Assembly (NCBI GenBank): GCA_051294905.1
Contig: CM119376.1
Span: 15,376,001-15,440,000 of the forward strand
Direction of reading: 5' to 3'
Length of the DNA stretch: 64,000 nucleotides
Origin: Botryllus schlosseri
Taxonomy: Eukaryota
Shown here: positions 37,586 to 51,520 of the stretch, piece after piece
Numbering within the stretch: position 1 is the first letter of the stretch
Layout: the number at the start of each line of letters is the position of its first letter
Translations under genes and position numbers: made by a program
The notes under the pieces: model-generated
What the model was told of the DNA's origin: nothing
What the model saw: the letters and a program-made list of their open reading frames with translations, nothing else
Database searches by the model: none

Positions 37586-40500
37586 ATGTCACTGAAAAGA
37601 AAAAACGAAGGTAATGTATTTTTGTGCTCACCTGTTGAGTTTAAGACTGCTGTCTACTTATTAAAAAGTGAGAATGTTTTCGAAATTGACTCGAATGTAA
37701 AGTTTGACTATATCAAACAATACGCTCTCCCAGTTCCACTCTTCTCTCTATACTCTTTACTATATAATTGCTATGTCGCCTTTTCACTAAAACGCTCGAT
37801 TTTGCCATAAGTTATCGGCGATTTTGAGGCTCCACTCTGGTGCCCTGTGCTGTGGAAGGGAGAGAGATGATTCATGATGATGATAGTTCAAATGCAAATA
37901 TATACGATATTAATGAAATGAGTATATCAACCGGGACATCAGTAATATAGCATGTGAATACTTAACAAGACTTGATGTCCATAATACCATATAGGCTATA
38001 TACCGGCAATGAATATATAAGAGACCTAAATTCTGGTTCCTCACGGCTCACACTATGTTTTATTTTTTTATTATTTTTTATTAAATTACTCCAACTTGGG
38101 GAATCATCGCTGCTCACCTGTTATATTAGGCAAAACGTGCCGAGATTCCAGTTGGGGTTAGACCTATTGCATATTTAAATATGCCTGTACTGTACAAGAG
38201 TACAAGTACAACTGATGTTCTTGAAGAAGAATATATTTATTTCATTACTGTACTTCGACAGAATGTCAAGCGGATTATTACAACATAATATAATCATGAA
38301 TCGAATAATAATGAATATCAAGTTGGTGTGAAATAACGTTGACACTTGTATGGTATAACATGTCACATTGTCCTCATTGCGATGCAGTAGGAATACAGTT
38401 GACTGAAGTTAGAGTATTCGCAGGCCAGATCCCTGTGGGTCAATATGATCGTTACATATTTTTCCTCCTATGACAAGGAATAAGTCAGACATGTGAACTT
38501 GACGTTAATCACATGAAGTCCAAAAATGTAGATAGGCGTATATTTTGTCAACACAATGCAATTCCATTAGATACTACTGAATTCAATTAGTCATCCGTCA
38601 TTGAAGAAATTTCTCAATATGTTCTTCAAATATACAACTGCATGTCAAGCGTAGAAATCCAAACATTGGTTGCGGTAGCAAGCAGTATATTGTCCTCTCG
38701 TGATGTAGTCTGTTTGGCACTCATTGGTCAAGTCTTTTGTTCTCTTGGTTTTAAAGGAAGTTTAATTTTTGTCTGGCACACCATTGCAGTGCTTTGACCA
38801 TGGAGCTATGAAACCATATGCTTATTGTGTAGGTAAGCCCCAGATACCAGCTTTACAAGCATGTCTTTGGTCTAACCCTGGTCGATGCTCTGTTTCTATG
38901 CTATCTTGTCGACGATATAGGAAGTATGGTAGGTTTTTAATGATACCTTTGAATCAATGCCTCATGCAGAGCAACAGCAAGATCAAAATGGTGTCAAAAA
39001 GGTGAAAGCTCTGAAGCCCGACGACGATACCACCGAAGATGACAAAAGCAAATCGGCAAAGGTGCGTGATATGCTTTATGGCTTGCACAAAGTGTATCTT
39101 AAACATGATGTCGCATCTCGTGTAAAATGATGTGTTTTCTTTTTGTAGAATTATGAAAATAAAGGAAAAAAGCTGCCAAAAGACACTGCAGTCACAAGAA
39201 GAGAACGGAAACTATCTCGGTAATTAACACCTACCAGTACATACTTACTTGGTATGAATAATTTGAAATGTTTTTTTTTCACTACCAGTCATGTGATTTT
39301 GAATTCCAGGACCATTAAATTTAATTTATATTGTGGTGGACAAACACTACTTTCTGCTTTTGTTCAAATTCTCTACAGTTTTCAATTCATCCCTTCCCTG
39401 TTTCAGTAAAATGCAGAAACCAAACTTTGAATTGTCCAAGGAGACATTGAAATTGTGGGAGAAGCTGCGAATTCATAAAACCAAGATGCCACAGGAGGAG
39501 AAGGAAAAGCTCGTGGAGAAACTTCTGTCCATTATCAAAAAGCAGGATAAGAAGGCACGACCCAGCTATATGTGATATCTAATCACTTGGGTTTAACTTT
39601 TCTACCTTGTGTTATTAGCTCAAGTCGTTTGCATATGCTCATGACACATCGCGGGTGTTGCAATGTTGCTTGAAAGAAGGTACTGCCTCGCAGAGAGAAG
39701 CGATATTCAACGATGTCAAGGAGGATATCGTGCAGCTTTCAAAGAACCAGTATTCGAAAAATCTTGTCTTGAAAATATTGAGATATGGGTAATAATACCG
39801 AGGGCTTCTTTAGTTAGAAAGTATGATGGAATAGATCTCTTTTTATGTTATTCCAAGGTCCAAGTCACAAAGAGATCATATCATAAGACAATTTGCTGGG
39901 GTGGTGCCAAAATTGATTCGGAAAAAGGCGTCCTCTGGTGTCATCGAATATGCATACAATATGTATGCCAACAAGGAACAGAGAACTTTTCTTGTGCATC
40001 AGTTGTATGGAAATTCGTTCAACATTGCCAAGGTACGCTGGTTATATTATCTATCCCTTTAACCTTGCAGCACATTTTTTCAAATGAAACCGTCTGAATT
40101 TGTCCTCAGAAGTTCAGTGAGTGCAGGGCACTGCCACTGTGCACATGCTTATGTCGGAGATTGAGCTGAACTTTCTAGTTAAATCCTGTCCCCATACAGA
40201 TTTAGCAGTTTCACACAACAGACTAATATATTGGATTATTAGACATGTTAATTATTTTGAATTATCTCCATGCCGAATTTTGCGTTCAATGTTATGAATT
40301 GCAATGTGTATAACGCTGGTTTCAATGCTTGCATGTGTGAGTGTACTGTTGGGATGGAAGAGATCAAATTCAGAGAGTTCATGAATTGGTTCAAAATCAA
40401 TTTATAATGGCAAAAGGGAACACGAAGATTTTTCCGTCTCACAATGGTCTGCTCCTGTAGCAACTTGTTTCTCTGAACTGAGTTTTCCGCTTCCCATATC

Positions 40501-43500
40501 GCTTCTTGTTGTTCAGTCCAGCGAAAAATCAACATTGGAAGACGTGCTGAAAGAGCAACCACAAAAACGGCCCATCATTTTGAAAAATTTCAAGCGAAGT
40601 CTTTTGCCCTTGATTGATAAGGCTGTCATCTCTCATACGCTCGTGCATAGGGTGTTCAATGAATTTTTCAGTTGTTGCGATGAAGAGGAGGAAATTCGTT
40701 CGGTAAGGGAAGAGTCTATCGGGTTCAAGTGGATGAATCAAGTTCGAATTTGTTTTTTAGGAAATGATTGAATTGTTGCGTGAATCCGTGATCCATATGG
40801 TACACACCAGAGACGGCAGCCACGTCGGTATGTACTGTCTCTGGCACGGCACTGCCAAAGATAGAAAGGTGAGGATGTACTTTTATGCATGACATCCTTA
40901 CCCATCCCAAATGGCAACCTGGTACAGAGCCTCTCCCCAAGGATCCAGGGGGATTCTTGTGAGCCATTCATATGGCTCACGGTGGTTTTAAAAAGAAATC
41001 CTGGGGCATTATCAGTAGATCTCCATCAATAGGTCATCATAGACGGACTTCACCATACCGACGATAAATTAATGGAATATTTATTTTGCTTATATATTAT
41101 GTAAGCTGAAATCTGGAAACGTTCTTAATATAGATAGACGGGATTAGGTTATACGGTATTAGTGATATCGCTGAGGCATTACTTGGTCTAATGCAAATCT
41201 ACCATGACGCCTCACAACATCAGGGGTGGTGAAGGTGTTGGTAGGGCATTTATGCCTCTCCTCTGTAGAAAATACAAGTAATGCGTGTGACCCCGAACAA
41301 GTAGTTGGTTATTATGCCCTTATCGTCTTATTATGTAAAAGAAGCAAAATAACGGATGCTAAGAGCAATGTAAGATAATGACGGTTTAGATAAAAATGTA
41401 ATCTGGGAATATAATGAAAGAATATGCATAGTAACAATGCATGACTGAGTAATAATGTGGCAGTAAAAAGTGGCATATATAAATGAAATCTTGTCTTCTG
41501 ATAGTAATAACAGTTTTCGTGAATTGGACAAGGTGTTTTTGGATGGCGTACCCCAGGGGTGGGCAATTATTTTTCTCCGCGGGCCAAATCAGAAGTAGAA
41601 AATACGTCGGCGGGCGAAGTGAAGTTTTTTAGCTATATTATATTCTCCAGGATTTTAATTTTATTTCTAAATTACATTGTTAATAAATGCTGATCAGGGA
41701 ATGTGTTGAATCTGTTGATGTTAAGGATGAGAAAGGGACGGTTGGTGAACAAACTATCTATTTTCCGTCATGATTTGAAACAATGCTAAACATGATACAT
41801 ATCTTCTATTAAGACACTAAAACAGTGATTCTGAAACTTTTTCAGACACGCCCCCCTTATCTTGCTATCACAAAATGTTATTAAAGAGAGAAATCAGAAT
41901 GATAGCAATCTCACTGGACAGTTTGATATCATGGAATGTTTATGACTGTTGCTGAGAGAATTCTTAAATATCAAAGTCGGACAATACACAGAGCAATCCA
42001 ATAACCATGACCTGGGGATGAAGCGCGCGAATCGCAAATTTTTTTTCGTATTTCAGTGCTTCACCGCGCCCCTTCAGATGCTTTCACGCCCTCCCTCCCC
42101 ACTTAGTTTGAGAACCCCTGCACTAAAATGTATTTGGGATTGTACGAAACTCATTGTCTATGGTCGCTGCCTTCAGAGCAGTGTGCAGCTTGGTGATATA
42201 GCCTTAATGTTTAGCAAAGCTTGCAGTTCTTCTGAAATTCGCCCTCCCTTGACCGAGTGTCTGTCTTATTGTTTTTGTCATAAGACCGACTTAAATTAAA
42301 ATTCTTAATCTCGGCGACCTGCTCGGCACAAACTAAAATGATGGGTTTAACTCTGACTCCAGTATACAAATATTCAGTGCTCTAAACCAGTGGTCCCCAA
42401 CCTTTAATGATGTCGCAGCCGCATTTCGAACTTCAGAGTAAGTATAGAGCCGCATGAACATGCTCATGCTCAGGTACTTATAACAACCATTTTAAAGCAT
42501 GTGTACACTGTACAAGTGTACATATACAGTATACACTTCCATACTCTATATCGGTAATTTTAGGATTGATAGACACAGCTTGGCGAATGCAATTTTTTTT
42601 TTAATGCAAAAGCGTAAAATACCTACAGGCAGAGGTGGTCAAAGTAGTCAAGAAAGCTACTCAAGTAGAAGTAGCGACGAAAAAATCTACTCAAGTACGA
42701 GTAGAAGTACTTCTTCCATGAGCAACCTAAAACTACTTGAAGTAGAAGTAGAATTAACTGACTTTAAAAGTACTCAAGTAAGTAAGTAGTTGTGAAAACG
42801 ATCCTAATTCGTTCACATGGATTGTAAAAAGGTGCAAATTGAGCTGTACGAAAGGTGCCTAGCTTGATTCATATTGATGCATACCAGCAGGTCTCCAATT
42901 TTCGATAGCACGTAAGCATTCGTCCACATCATGGGATGAAAATGATAGTATTGATATGGAAATGCGATACTAATTCTCTGTTTACTCAAACAGCACGTTT
43001 TAGAAAATATCATGGTACTGCGCACTCCCCCATATTATAAGGCCTGTAGTTTAGTCGAAGTGCAATACGGAGATGTTGTGTTGGATACGGTGTAAACGCT
43101 TTGTGCGATTAGTAAACGTTAATAAAAAATATGGTGGACCGTAAGCTATATTGTGTAGCTTTAATTCTGAAAATTGAAGACATTACTACATTTGTTTTTA
43201 TACTTCAACATGTACGTTATCCAGACAAAAGGAGTGATATAGGCCTAAATTAGAAATCAAAATATATGGTACTGGGAATTGAAAGTGAAATATAAATCTA
43301 AAAATGGAACATGTATTTAATGTCTTTAGTCCAGAAAGTTACGAAGGTTGGTATTCTAAAACAGCTCTAAAACTAAAAAAAGTCAGAGTCCACTTTTCCA
43401 GATTAGGACACGCCATGGACAGCTTGATTACAATATGATAAGTAAATGCTAGATTGCGAAACATCAGTTTCAAACATTATGATAAGCCATATATACTGTG

Positions 43501-46486
43501 ATGAAATACTTGATATGGCGAAGGGCGACAATGCGGTGTGAACGGAACCATGCCAACCCACTACCTAAATCATATTCACCGATACTTTCGTGAAATTATA
43601 CTGGTTGCTCCGTATTCACTGCGCGCGAAGCGCGACGAAAATTCTGGGCTCAACTCAACTTTTATGAAAATTGAATGTCGATACTCCGTGAAAACAGCCC
43701 CGAAATTTCTCAGGCTATCTTCTTGATTGGAAGATTAAACTACTTCTACTTGACAAACTGAAAATAGCGAGAAGTAAGTAAGTAGATCACAAAATATTAT
43801 GAAGTAGAAGTAGCGAAAATCAAAACTACTTGAGTGAGTACCAGAAGTAGAGGAAAACTACTTGAGTACTTCGAAAAAGTAGAAGTACTTCGTTACTGAC
43901 CACCTCTGCCTACAGGGTAAGAAAGAAAATAGTGTATTTCGCAGATTTTCACCCCAACGTAGAGTGTAAATCAGGTAAATGACACTTTCAGGTATAGAAT
44001 TATGTTTTGGCGCATGCTAGGTACGTTGGCAGCGTAAATGTGGCGTATTAGTAATGTGCAGGCTTCAAAGTAAACCAATTTCCTGTTCAGTTATACAGCC
44101 TATGATTTTAGTTCACACAACATTCAAAAGTAGGGTTTTATGTTTTGAATTCCAAATATTCTTTCGCGGGCCGCACTTTGCCCAGGTCTAGTTTACCCTG
44201 TAGCTCAGTGGTTATCATTCTCGACCTTTTTTTAGACACGCCCCCCTTTATGATAGTGAAAAATTTTGAGCCCCCTTATCGTCATATCACAAAATCCTAC
44301 CGGGATGCTAGTAACCCCAACAGATTGTTTGATGGCATGGAAGGTTATGACATTTGATGAGAGAATTGAAAAATATGAAATTCGGTCTATATATAGAGAA
44401 ACACGCGTGAATTGGAGGTAAATCGCGCAAAGCGCAAAATTTTTTTTCAGTTGACCACTTCTTCGCGCCCCGCTTCAGATGCTTTCACGCCTCCCCCAAG
44501 GGTAGTGCACGCCCCCCAGGTTGAGAACTACTGCTGTAGCTGGTGGAAGTATGAGGAAGTTGTTGACAACATGTAAAGCCATAGAGTAGTGCATTGTGTT
44601 GAAATGACTCCACTAAAATCCATGACCATTTCATCTTTTAACAGCATGGCTCGTCAACTGATCGCTGGGTGTTTTTTTTTTTCAGGTTATTATCAAGACT
44701 ATGAAGGAATTCGTAACCAAGCTCTGCCAGGAGGAATATGGGCACTTGCTGCTTCTGGCAGCTTTTGACTGCGTCGATGATACCGTCGTTGTTTGTAAAG
44801 CTCTTGTAGCGGTAATTTCTACTTCACTGCATACTATTAGAACACCGTAATTTCATCATTTGCAATGACTTTTAGCCCATTCTGAAAGCTCTTCCTGAAA
44901 TAATTGCAAACAAGTATGTCAGAAAGGTTTTGACTTATCTGCTGAAACCGCGTGATAAATCTCATTTTCTGCCGGAAACTATCGCATTTCTGAGCAAAGG
45001 CGACAATAATAAACACAGGTAAATTTAGATTTGCTTTTGTGTCTGCCTAATATGGTGAAAATAACAGGATATTTTCTTGTAGCAAAAAACCTTTGGAGAT
45101 AAGGCACAAAGAGTTGTCGGATGCCGCGACGGCAGCGTTGATTTTATACGCCAGGGAAAATTTGAGCACTCTGGTACGAGATAGGTCGATGTTCACTTTT
45201 GTTGAAATCCTCGTCAAGTTCTCCGAAACGAGCGTCTTGGATCTGATGAAAGATCTTTGTGAAATGTTATCAATGCCATTCCAAGCGGGAAAAGAGTCTG
45301 CATCTGGGGAGGTTTGTTGCGTCTCGAGCGAAAATTCGTGGCCGTATATGTGATCTGTTAAAATTGCTTTTCAGATGCACGTTGTGGAGGATCCGGCCGG
45401 GCATTTGTTGATAAAACATGTGATCTCTCTACCGCTAGAGCAAGACAAACGTGAGTATTGATAATAGTGATGCGGTGCTTTGTATATCTTCTGGCTGCAA
45501 TAGGCATTCCCTGATCGCTTTAGTCTGGTTCAGATACCTATGAAACACCATTTTAGTTACGATTAGGGCTGGGCACAATGATTCGAGTACTCGAATCTGA
45601 ATCGAGTATTGATTTTTATGATTCGAGTCGAGTAGTAAAAGACGATTTTTTCGAGTACTGAAATTATACGCTCATCGCAACTGATAGTTAATTTACTAAC
45701 GAGGATTATAGTTTTGATACTATTTTCCACTGAGGAAGCTTTGAATCCTTGATTGGCCGTGTCGCGGCATACGGGACAAAGTACGAAGCTACCAATTTTA
45801 CTGGAAATAACACATTTCCGAAGTCATGATCATCCCACAACATTGTCAAGAAGTGCAATGAAATCGGTACGGTCGAAAAAATACCAGAGTATCTTTATTG
45901 TGATGGATAACAGGCATTATATCCTCTTCGTGGTGGCATAAAAGGTACGTATTAGAAATTTGACATAGTAAATGTTGTTGTGACGTCATAATGAGTGATA
46001 CTCGACTCGAAGCATATTACGTGATTCAGAATCGAATCACTCGGGTACTCGATTTTGCCCAGCCCTAGTTACGATGCAGTATGTTTTCTGTGCTACGCCT
46101 AAGCTGTGCAATGGTCGTCAATCATGATTCAGTACAATGATACAAAAATTCTGTTCTTGTACTATTTTCCACGCACTAACAAACGCAATATATACTTCAG
46201 CTCACTTTGCATCGCTGGTATTGGAATGTGTGGAGGCATCGTCGCTGTGCTCATGGTCGTCTTGCAACAGGGGAAGTCAAATACTGTTGAGGTATTTTAT
46301 TTGTAGGGGAATTTTAATCGTTTGCTTCATGGAGTGATGCAAATGTATGTTTGCAGCTTGCTGAAATCACCAGACTCATCGGCGTCTGAAGCAGCAAGGA
46401 CATTGTTGAAAAAAAATCTGAAGATAGTGAAGAAGAATCGAAACGTCAAATCTACTCAGCACCTTCTTGAAAACCTTGAAAAATAA
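37586..46486 (+). CDS. PUM3: Pumilio homolog 3 / PUF6 (KIAA0020), nucleolar Puf-A RNA-binding protein, ~589 aa
   Basis: 14 exons: 37586-37610, 38970-39061, 39149-39219, 39407-39554, 39619-39788, 39858-40032, 40517-40702, 40761-40868, 44686-44811, 44876-45018, 45083-45311, 45375-45450, 46201-46291, 46357-46486 (1770 nt). Motifs: LWEKLR, FAYAHDTSRVLQC, HMVHTRDGSHVGMYCLWHGTAKDRKVIIKTMK, FDCVDDT. Confidence 0.93.
42630..43908. mobile_element. CAGAGGTGGTCA-family hAT-type MITE in PUM3 intron 8
   Basis: TIR CAGAGGTGGTCA...TGACCACCTCTG. Perfect TSD cctacagg. AGTAGAAGT subterminal repeats. Partial copy at ~48560-48766. Confidence 0.9.
45564..46067 (-). mobile_element. TAGGGCTGG-family MITE (copy 3, inverted), PUM3 intron 12
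   Basis: TIRs as in copies 1 and 2. Perfect TSD gttacgat (45556-45563, 46068-46075). Confidence 0.92.
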
Positions 46487-46859
46487 AGTTCTGATCATGA
46501 GACGAGTTTTCTCTTTTCCGTTGAGAATCTGAAGAACGCCTTAGTGGTTCTCAAACTGTGTGTAGTGGTACGTCAGAACTTTTAGGTGACACGCGAAAAG
46601 TGGTGTGAGTTTTGTCATACCCCGAATAGATGGGCTTCTGCATTCGCATATAGCCCTTGATGTTGCGGATTAGTACTTACAACAATAACTCGTGACTAAC
46701 GAACGGTACGTTTGAGCAAAACAAGTCATTCGGGTGGTACGCGGTGTAGCAGAAAACGGTTTTTACGCAGCACAATGACGCTTGCGTGATTGCGATTGTT
46801 CAGAACAATGCCGATTTTCAGACTTTGAAGGCTATTTCGAGGAGGTTCCATTGCCCTGA

Positions 46860-47560
46860 TCAAATTTTAATGTATATTTTCGGAATCAGTGCGATAGTAG
46901 CGTTCCAATATTGCTCGGTGTGTGGGAATAATGACCCGTCTGCAATCTTTGGTTCTCAGATCAATACTACGAACCATATATTTTTCTCTTTTCCACTCTC
47001 ACCTGCAATATGGAATCGTAGTATGGGGAAGTGCATGCACAACATTTTTGTGCAGAATTCGAACCGTGCAATACGGCTGATCCCATCTGTACCTTTACGC
47101 ACCAAAGTATCGCCTTACTACCGTAAGCACCGAATTTTGCAAGTTGACAAACTATATCGCTTCGAAGTATCAAAAGTCATTCACAAATATTTTTCCAATA
47201 GTTTGCCTCCTGTGTTTGATGACTTTTTCATCCCTGCTAAAAATGTCCACTCCCATTACACGAGATCCTCATCTAAAGGAAATATCTACTTACCCCCACC
47301 CAATAGCAACCTAACCCCCACCCAATAGCAACCTAACTAAGAGATCTATCGACTACTCGGGACCTATCATCTGGAATGCATTACCCCCACATATCCGTGA
47401 ATTGCCTTATAATAGATTCAAAAAAGCCCTACTTGATCACCTCTTGTCGTTACACTAACACTGTTGCCCTACCTCGCCCAGACAAAGACATGAAATACAT
47501 TTTACGCTTTTAGAAGTAGTAGGCTACTTATATTTCTCTTTCAATTCCCAGTATCATAAC
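46860..47560 (+). mobile_element. 3' fragment of a non-LTR retrotransposon (CR1/L2-group-like ORF2 C-terminus)
   Basis: Peptide QNSNRAIRLI...ILQVDKLYRFEVSKVIHKYFSNSLPPVFDDFF...HSHYTRSSS, then SIDYSGPIIWNALPPHIREL in a shifted frame. This is the typical post-RT tail. A 22-bp tandem duplication at ~47293-47337 breaks the frame. Confidence 0.75.
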
Positions 47561-48777
47561 TTTGAGTTCTAATTAGTTTCAGTTCTTTTGTCTGGAGAAC
47601 ATACCTGTTGAAGTATAAAAGCAAGTGTGGAAAGGCCTTTAATTGACGGAAATAAAGCTACACAATATGGCATTTTTACGATCCACCATATTTTTTATTT
47701 ACGTTTACTAATCGTGCAATGTGTTTACACCAGGGGTGTCAAACATACGGCCCGCGGGCCGCATCCGGCCCACGAATCAATTCTGAGTAGAATGAAAAAT
47801 TCTTATATTATCCAGCACATTTGTAAGAAATGTTGAGAAAATACTGTTTGCAGGAAATAATTTTATTGAATATTCCCTCAAGACAGCAAATGCGTCGAGC
47901 ATGCTCATTGCTCATAGGCCATACATTGTACCCACCCCACTACGGCGTTATGTTTTCACTCTCTCTAACTCGAGAAGGCAAAAAGTGCACACTGAGTTCA
48001 GAGTTTTATGGAAAAATGGACCAAAAATGTCTATGATCGAACTGTTGTGTCACTTCCCACCAGATAGGTCCCCGGACTTGAAAAAAAACGATATGGGATT
48101 CAATAATAATAATCCAAATTCCAACGTCCGCGTTTTCAGTTGGATATCTTGCATTCCTCGCAGCGCATACGCTGGGCTAACGCCAGATTACGACCACAGC
48201 AAAGGGAGCATAAAAATATGCCAACTTATATCGTCGCTAGCGCCACTGTTTTATCGGTTCTTAACTGTATTCAACCGGAAAATCATCATATTTTGCTAAT
48301 TCCATTGTACGCGAATAAAGGTTGCTGTTGTATTTGTTTGTGATATTCACGGTGTTTGTCGACTACTATAGTCATTTACACCGGGCCAATTTTTGAAAAC
48401 GGGCTGTTCGAGTAAACAGAGGATTAGTATCGCATTTCCATATCAACTCAATCATTTTCACCCCATGATGCGGACGAACGCTTATGCTGTCAAAAATGGG
48501 ATACATCCTGTTATGCATCAATATGAATCAAGCTCTGCACCTTTCGCATAGCTCAATTTGCAGCTTTATACAATTCATGTGAACGTTTTACGATCGTTTT
48601 CACAACATACTTACTTACTTGAGTAGATTTAAAGTCAGTCACTTTTTCTTCTACTTCAAGTAGCTTTAGGTTGCTTATTGAAGAAGTACTTCTACTCGTA
48701 CTTGAGTAGATTTCTTCGTCGCTACTTCTACTTGAGTAGCTTTCCTGACTACTTTGACCACCTCTACTAGATGACAG

Positions 48778-50974
48778 CAGCAGACGGATCGACAATAACA
48801 AAGTCATCAAAGGTATCAGGGCGTGACGGTCACGTGATTTTTCGAGTTTCCTCGAAACCAGCGTGTACTCAGAGGCAGACATGGGGTGATTACTTCATGA
48901 ATGTAATCGATTGCGATTACGATTACTTCGGAATCACGCGATTACGATTACGATTACGATTACAGCAAAATCAGGAAGTAGTCGATTACGATTACGATTA
49001 CATTGGAAAAGTAATCACGATTACTCACGATTACATTTATTTTGCATCTTAGTAGTTATATTGGAAGACAATACATGGATTGCGCTGAAAAGGCCTAATG
49101 AGATAACATATGTTTATATTTCTTTGAGACAGATGCGATATTTGCTTGTTACGTCATAATGTACATATTTCCCATTTTATAAACGACGATTTATCGCACC
49201 CAATGATTTGCATTCTTGCCAGGTCCATAACTGCTGCACCCCAAATTCCCCAATAGGGTGGGGACTCAAAGTATTTCGTGAACCAACATAAATTATAGAG
49301 TATTCTTGACAGATTTCTTTAACTTGAAAATTCTCTTTGAGCTTTGCCATTTAAATATCTCTAGATAGCTTGGTTTCGAAAGGCAAATGTCTCCCCTCAA
49401 GAAATAAAGGATGCATAACTCATAGTAATAGGCATTTTGGTGCCAGTCAATACCGCGCCTCGAAGCACCAAAAGACATATGCAGTTTCGGCCAACATGCG
49501 ACTCTACGAAGTGTGCTATCAAAGAAAGACGTTGGCCGAAATTTGGGGTATGTGTCCATTGTCAATAGCCGCGCTGGGTGGGCTAGACTAACAGTCCGGT
49601 CCTTCCAATCTGAGCCCCCGATGCAAATGCCATGCAGGCACCCACAGAGCATTAGACATGACAATTTATGTGTGCGTCTCACGGAAGTTTTTCTTTTAGT
49701 CTGCTAAGTTTGGGCCACTACAATATCTTTTGACTATATAACAGACCGGGGGTCACGAATTAACAACATGCACTACAGTAATTATTGCAAGATACCAAAT
49801 GTTATAATTATGGATTATGCGCCCCCTGCTCTTCAGGTAAGTCTGACCATCGGGGGCTGAAATAGGATTAAAAATGCAATATAATGAAATTACCAATGGT
49901 ATTGACGAAATTAAATCTTCAAGTTAAAAATTAACTACCCTTTGGGGCCAAAGACCAACGTTTGGAGTGGAGGACCATTTTGCTGTTTTGATCCTGATTC
50001 TAGCTACAACCCACGCTAACATGGTATATAAGCCGATGGCTATGGCGGCAGGTCCAAATCTTCAGTAAATAATCGTGAAATAGCAATTGACGCCCGTTTT
50101 GAGTAGGATAATATGAGAATAAGAGAAGGTGAAAATAAAATTCTGCCTTCAACTTAATACAGATAATGTAATGCAAGCTGCCATTACGAGAAACGGCAAA
50201 AACGGCGCGGTTAGGATATATATATCAGCAGCTGTTGATTTTTAATGCTCCGTTGTGGAAACCGTATGATTTTATTTGACGAGTACAAAATTTCAAACCT
50301 TTGTCTGGTGTACGTTCGTACCAGCACATAGGCCTACTGCTCGCCAAGCAGCAACGGTCAAATTGCGTTTAACTAAGCATAACCAAACATCAATATAAAT
50401 GTTGCTATTGTAAACTAGGCAGAGAGGTGATTGATTATCCTGCAGCGAGGTAATGGCGTCTGAAATGTATTGATAACCCGATATACTGAACGGTGGGTGT
50501 TTTACATTAACACGAATGTACATCGAATATCTATTTACTATAAGTGTGAAATGTGGATACTTCTTACGCAAAGACTAGCAAAGCTTATAGGCTACTTCTG
50601 ACGTAATAATGAGCGATGGCATTTGAAAATCAGACGTTTGTGACTCAATAAATGGTGTATTATCTCTTGCTTGTTAACGAATGTTCAGTTTATGTCACAG
50701 TCGTCGTACAAATAAAAAGTAATCGTTCTTTCACAAAGAAATCGATTAAATATGCGAAGTAGTCGATTACGATTACGATTACTTCGGAATTTTTTCGCAT
50801 GTAATCGATTGCGATTACGATTACTTGAAAATGCTGTAATCGTCGTAATCGATTACGATTACTAATCGCGATTACCCCATGTCTGCTCAGAGGTGGTGTG
50901 GACACTCGAAAAATCACGTGACCGTCACGCCGTGATACCTTTTATGACTTTGTTATTGTCGATCCGTCTGCAGC
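48778..50974. mobile_element. Short palindromic MITE split by a nested 2-kb insertion
   Basis: ~75-bp inverted arms GCAGACGGATCGACAATAACAAAGTCAT...CACGTGATTTTTCGAGT at 48780-48848 and 50903-50971. Confidence 0.75.
48876..50885. mobile_element. CAGACATGGG-family hAT-type element (nested)
   Basis: TIR CAGACATGGGGT...ACCCCATGTCTG. Perfect TSD ctcagagg (48868-48875, 50886-50893). GATTAC subterminal arrays. Contains a CAGGxCCGTAAC-family fragment at ~49220-49720. Confidence 0.9.
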
Positions 50975-50979
50975 ACTAA

Positions 50980-51520
50980 TTAAAGGCAGAGTCGCTATTG
51001 GTCTTAGTTGATTTTGACTGTGTTCCATATCGAGTTGGGTGACAGGATTTCGTATGGTATATTTTGATGCTGTCATCCAGCACTGTACCAAGTTTCAAGG
51101 CTGTGACTCAATGATTAGCGTGGTAATTTCGCTGTCAAAGTCGAGTGTCTGGTAGATGAGCAGTGAGCACGCACCAATATAATGCCGACTTTGATAACGG
51201 AATTTACCATGTTAATCAATAATCATTGAGTGACAATCATGAAACTTACTGCGAAGTTAGATGAAACAACCAAGATATACCATACCGAATTTCGTCATCC
51301 ATCTCGGTATGGAACACTTTCAAAATTCACATATACCAATATCAAATTTTGCGAAAATTCCTTTATGCGGTAGGCTCAAAGCCAAATCAGCGCACGCAGA
51401 CACTGGATACTCGACTTTGATGCCTTGAAACCTGGTACAGTGTTAGATTCCGTCACCAAGGTATATGAACGAAATTTTGTTATCCATCGCCGTATAGAAC
51501 ACAATCAAACTCTACACATA
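50980..51520. repeat. Decayed inverted-repeat element upstream of MGST3
   Basis: cactgtaccaagtttcaaggc (~51082) pairs with gccttgaaacctggtacagtg (~51422), and gtcaaagtcgagt (~51134) pairs with actcgactttga (~51409). Termini are unclear. Confidence 0.5.
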
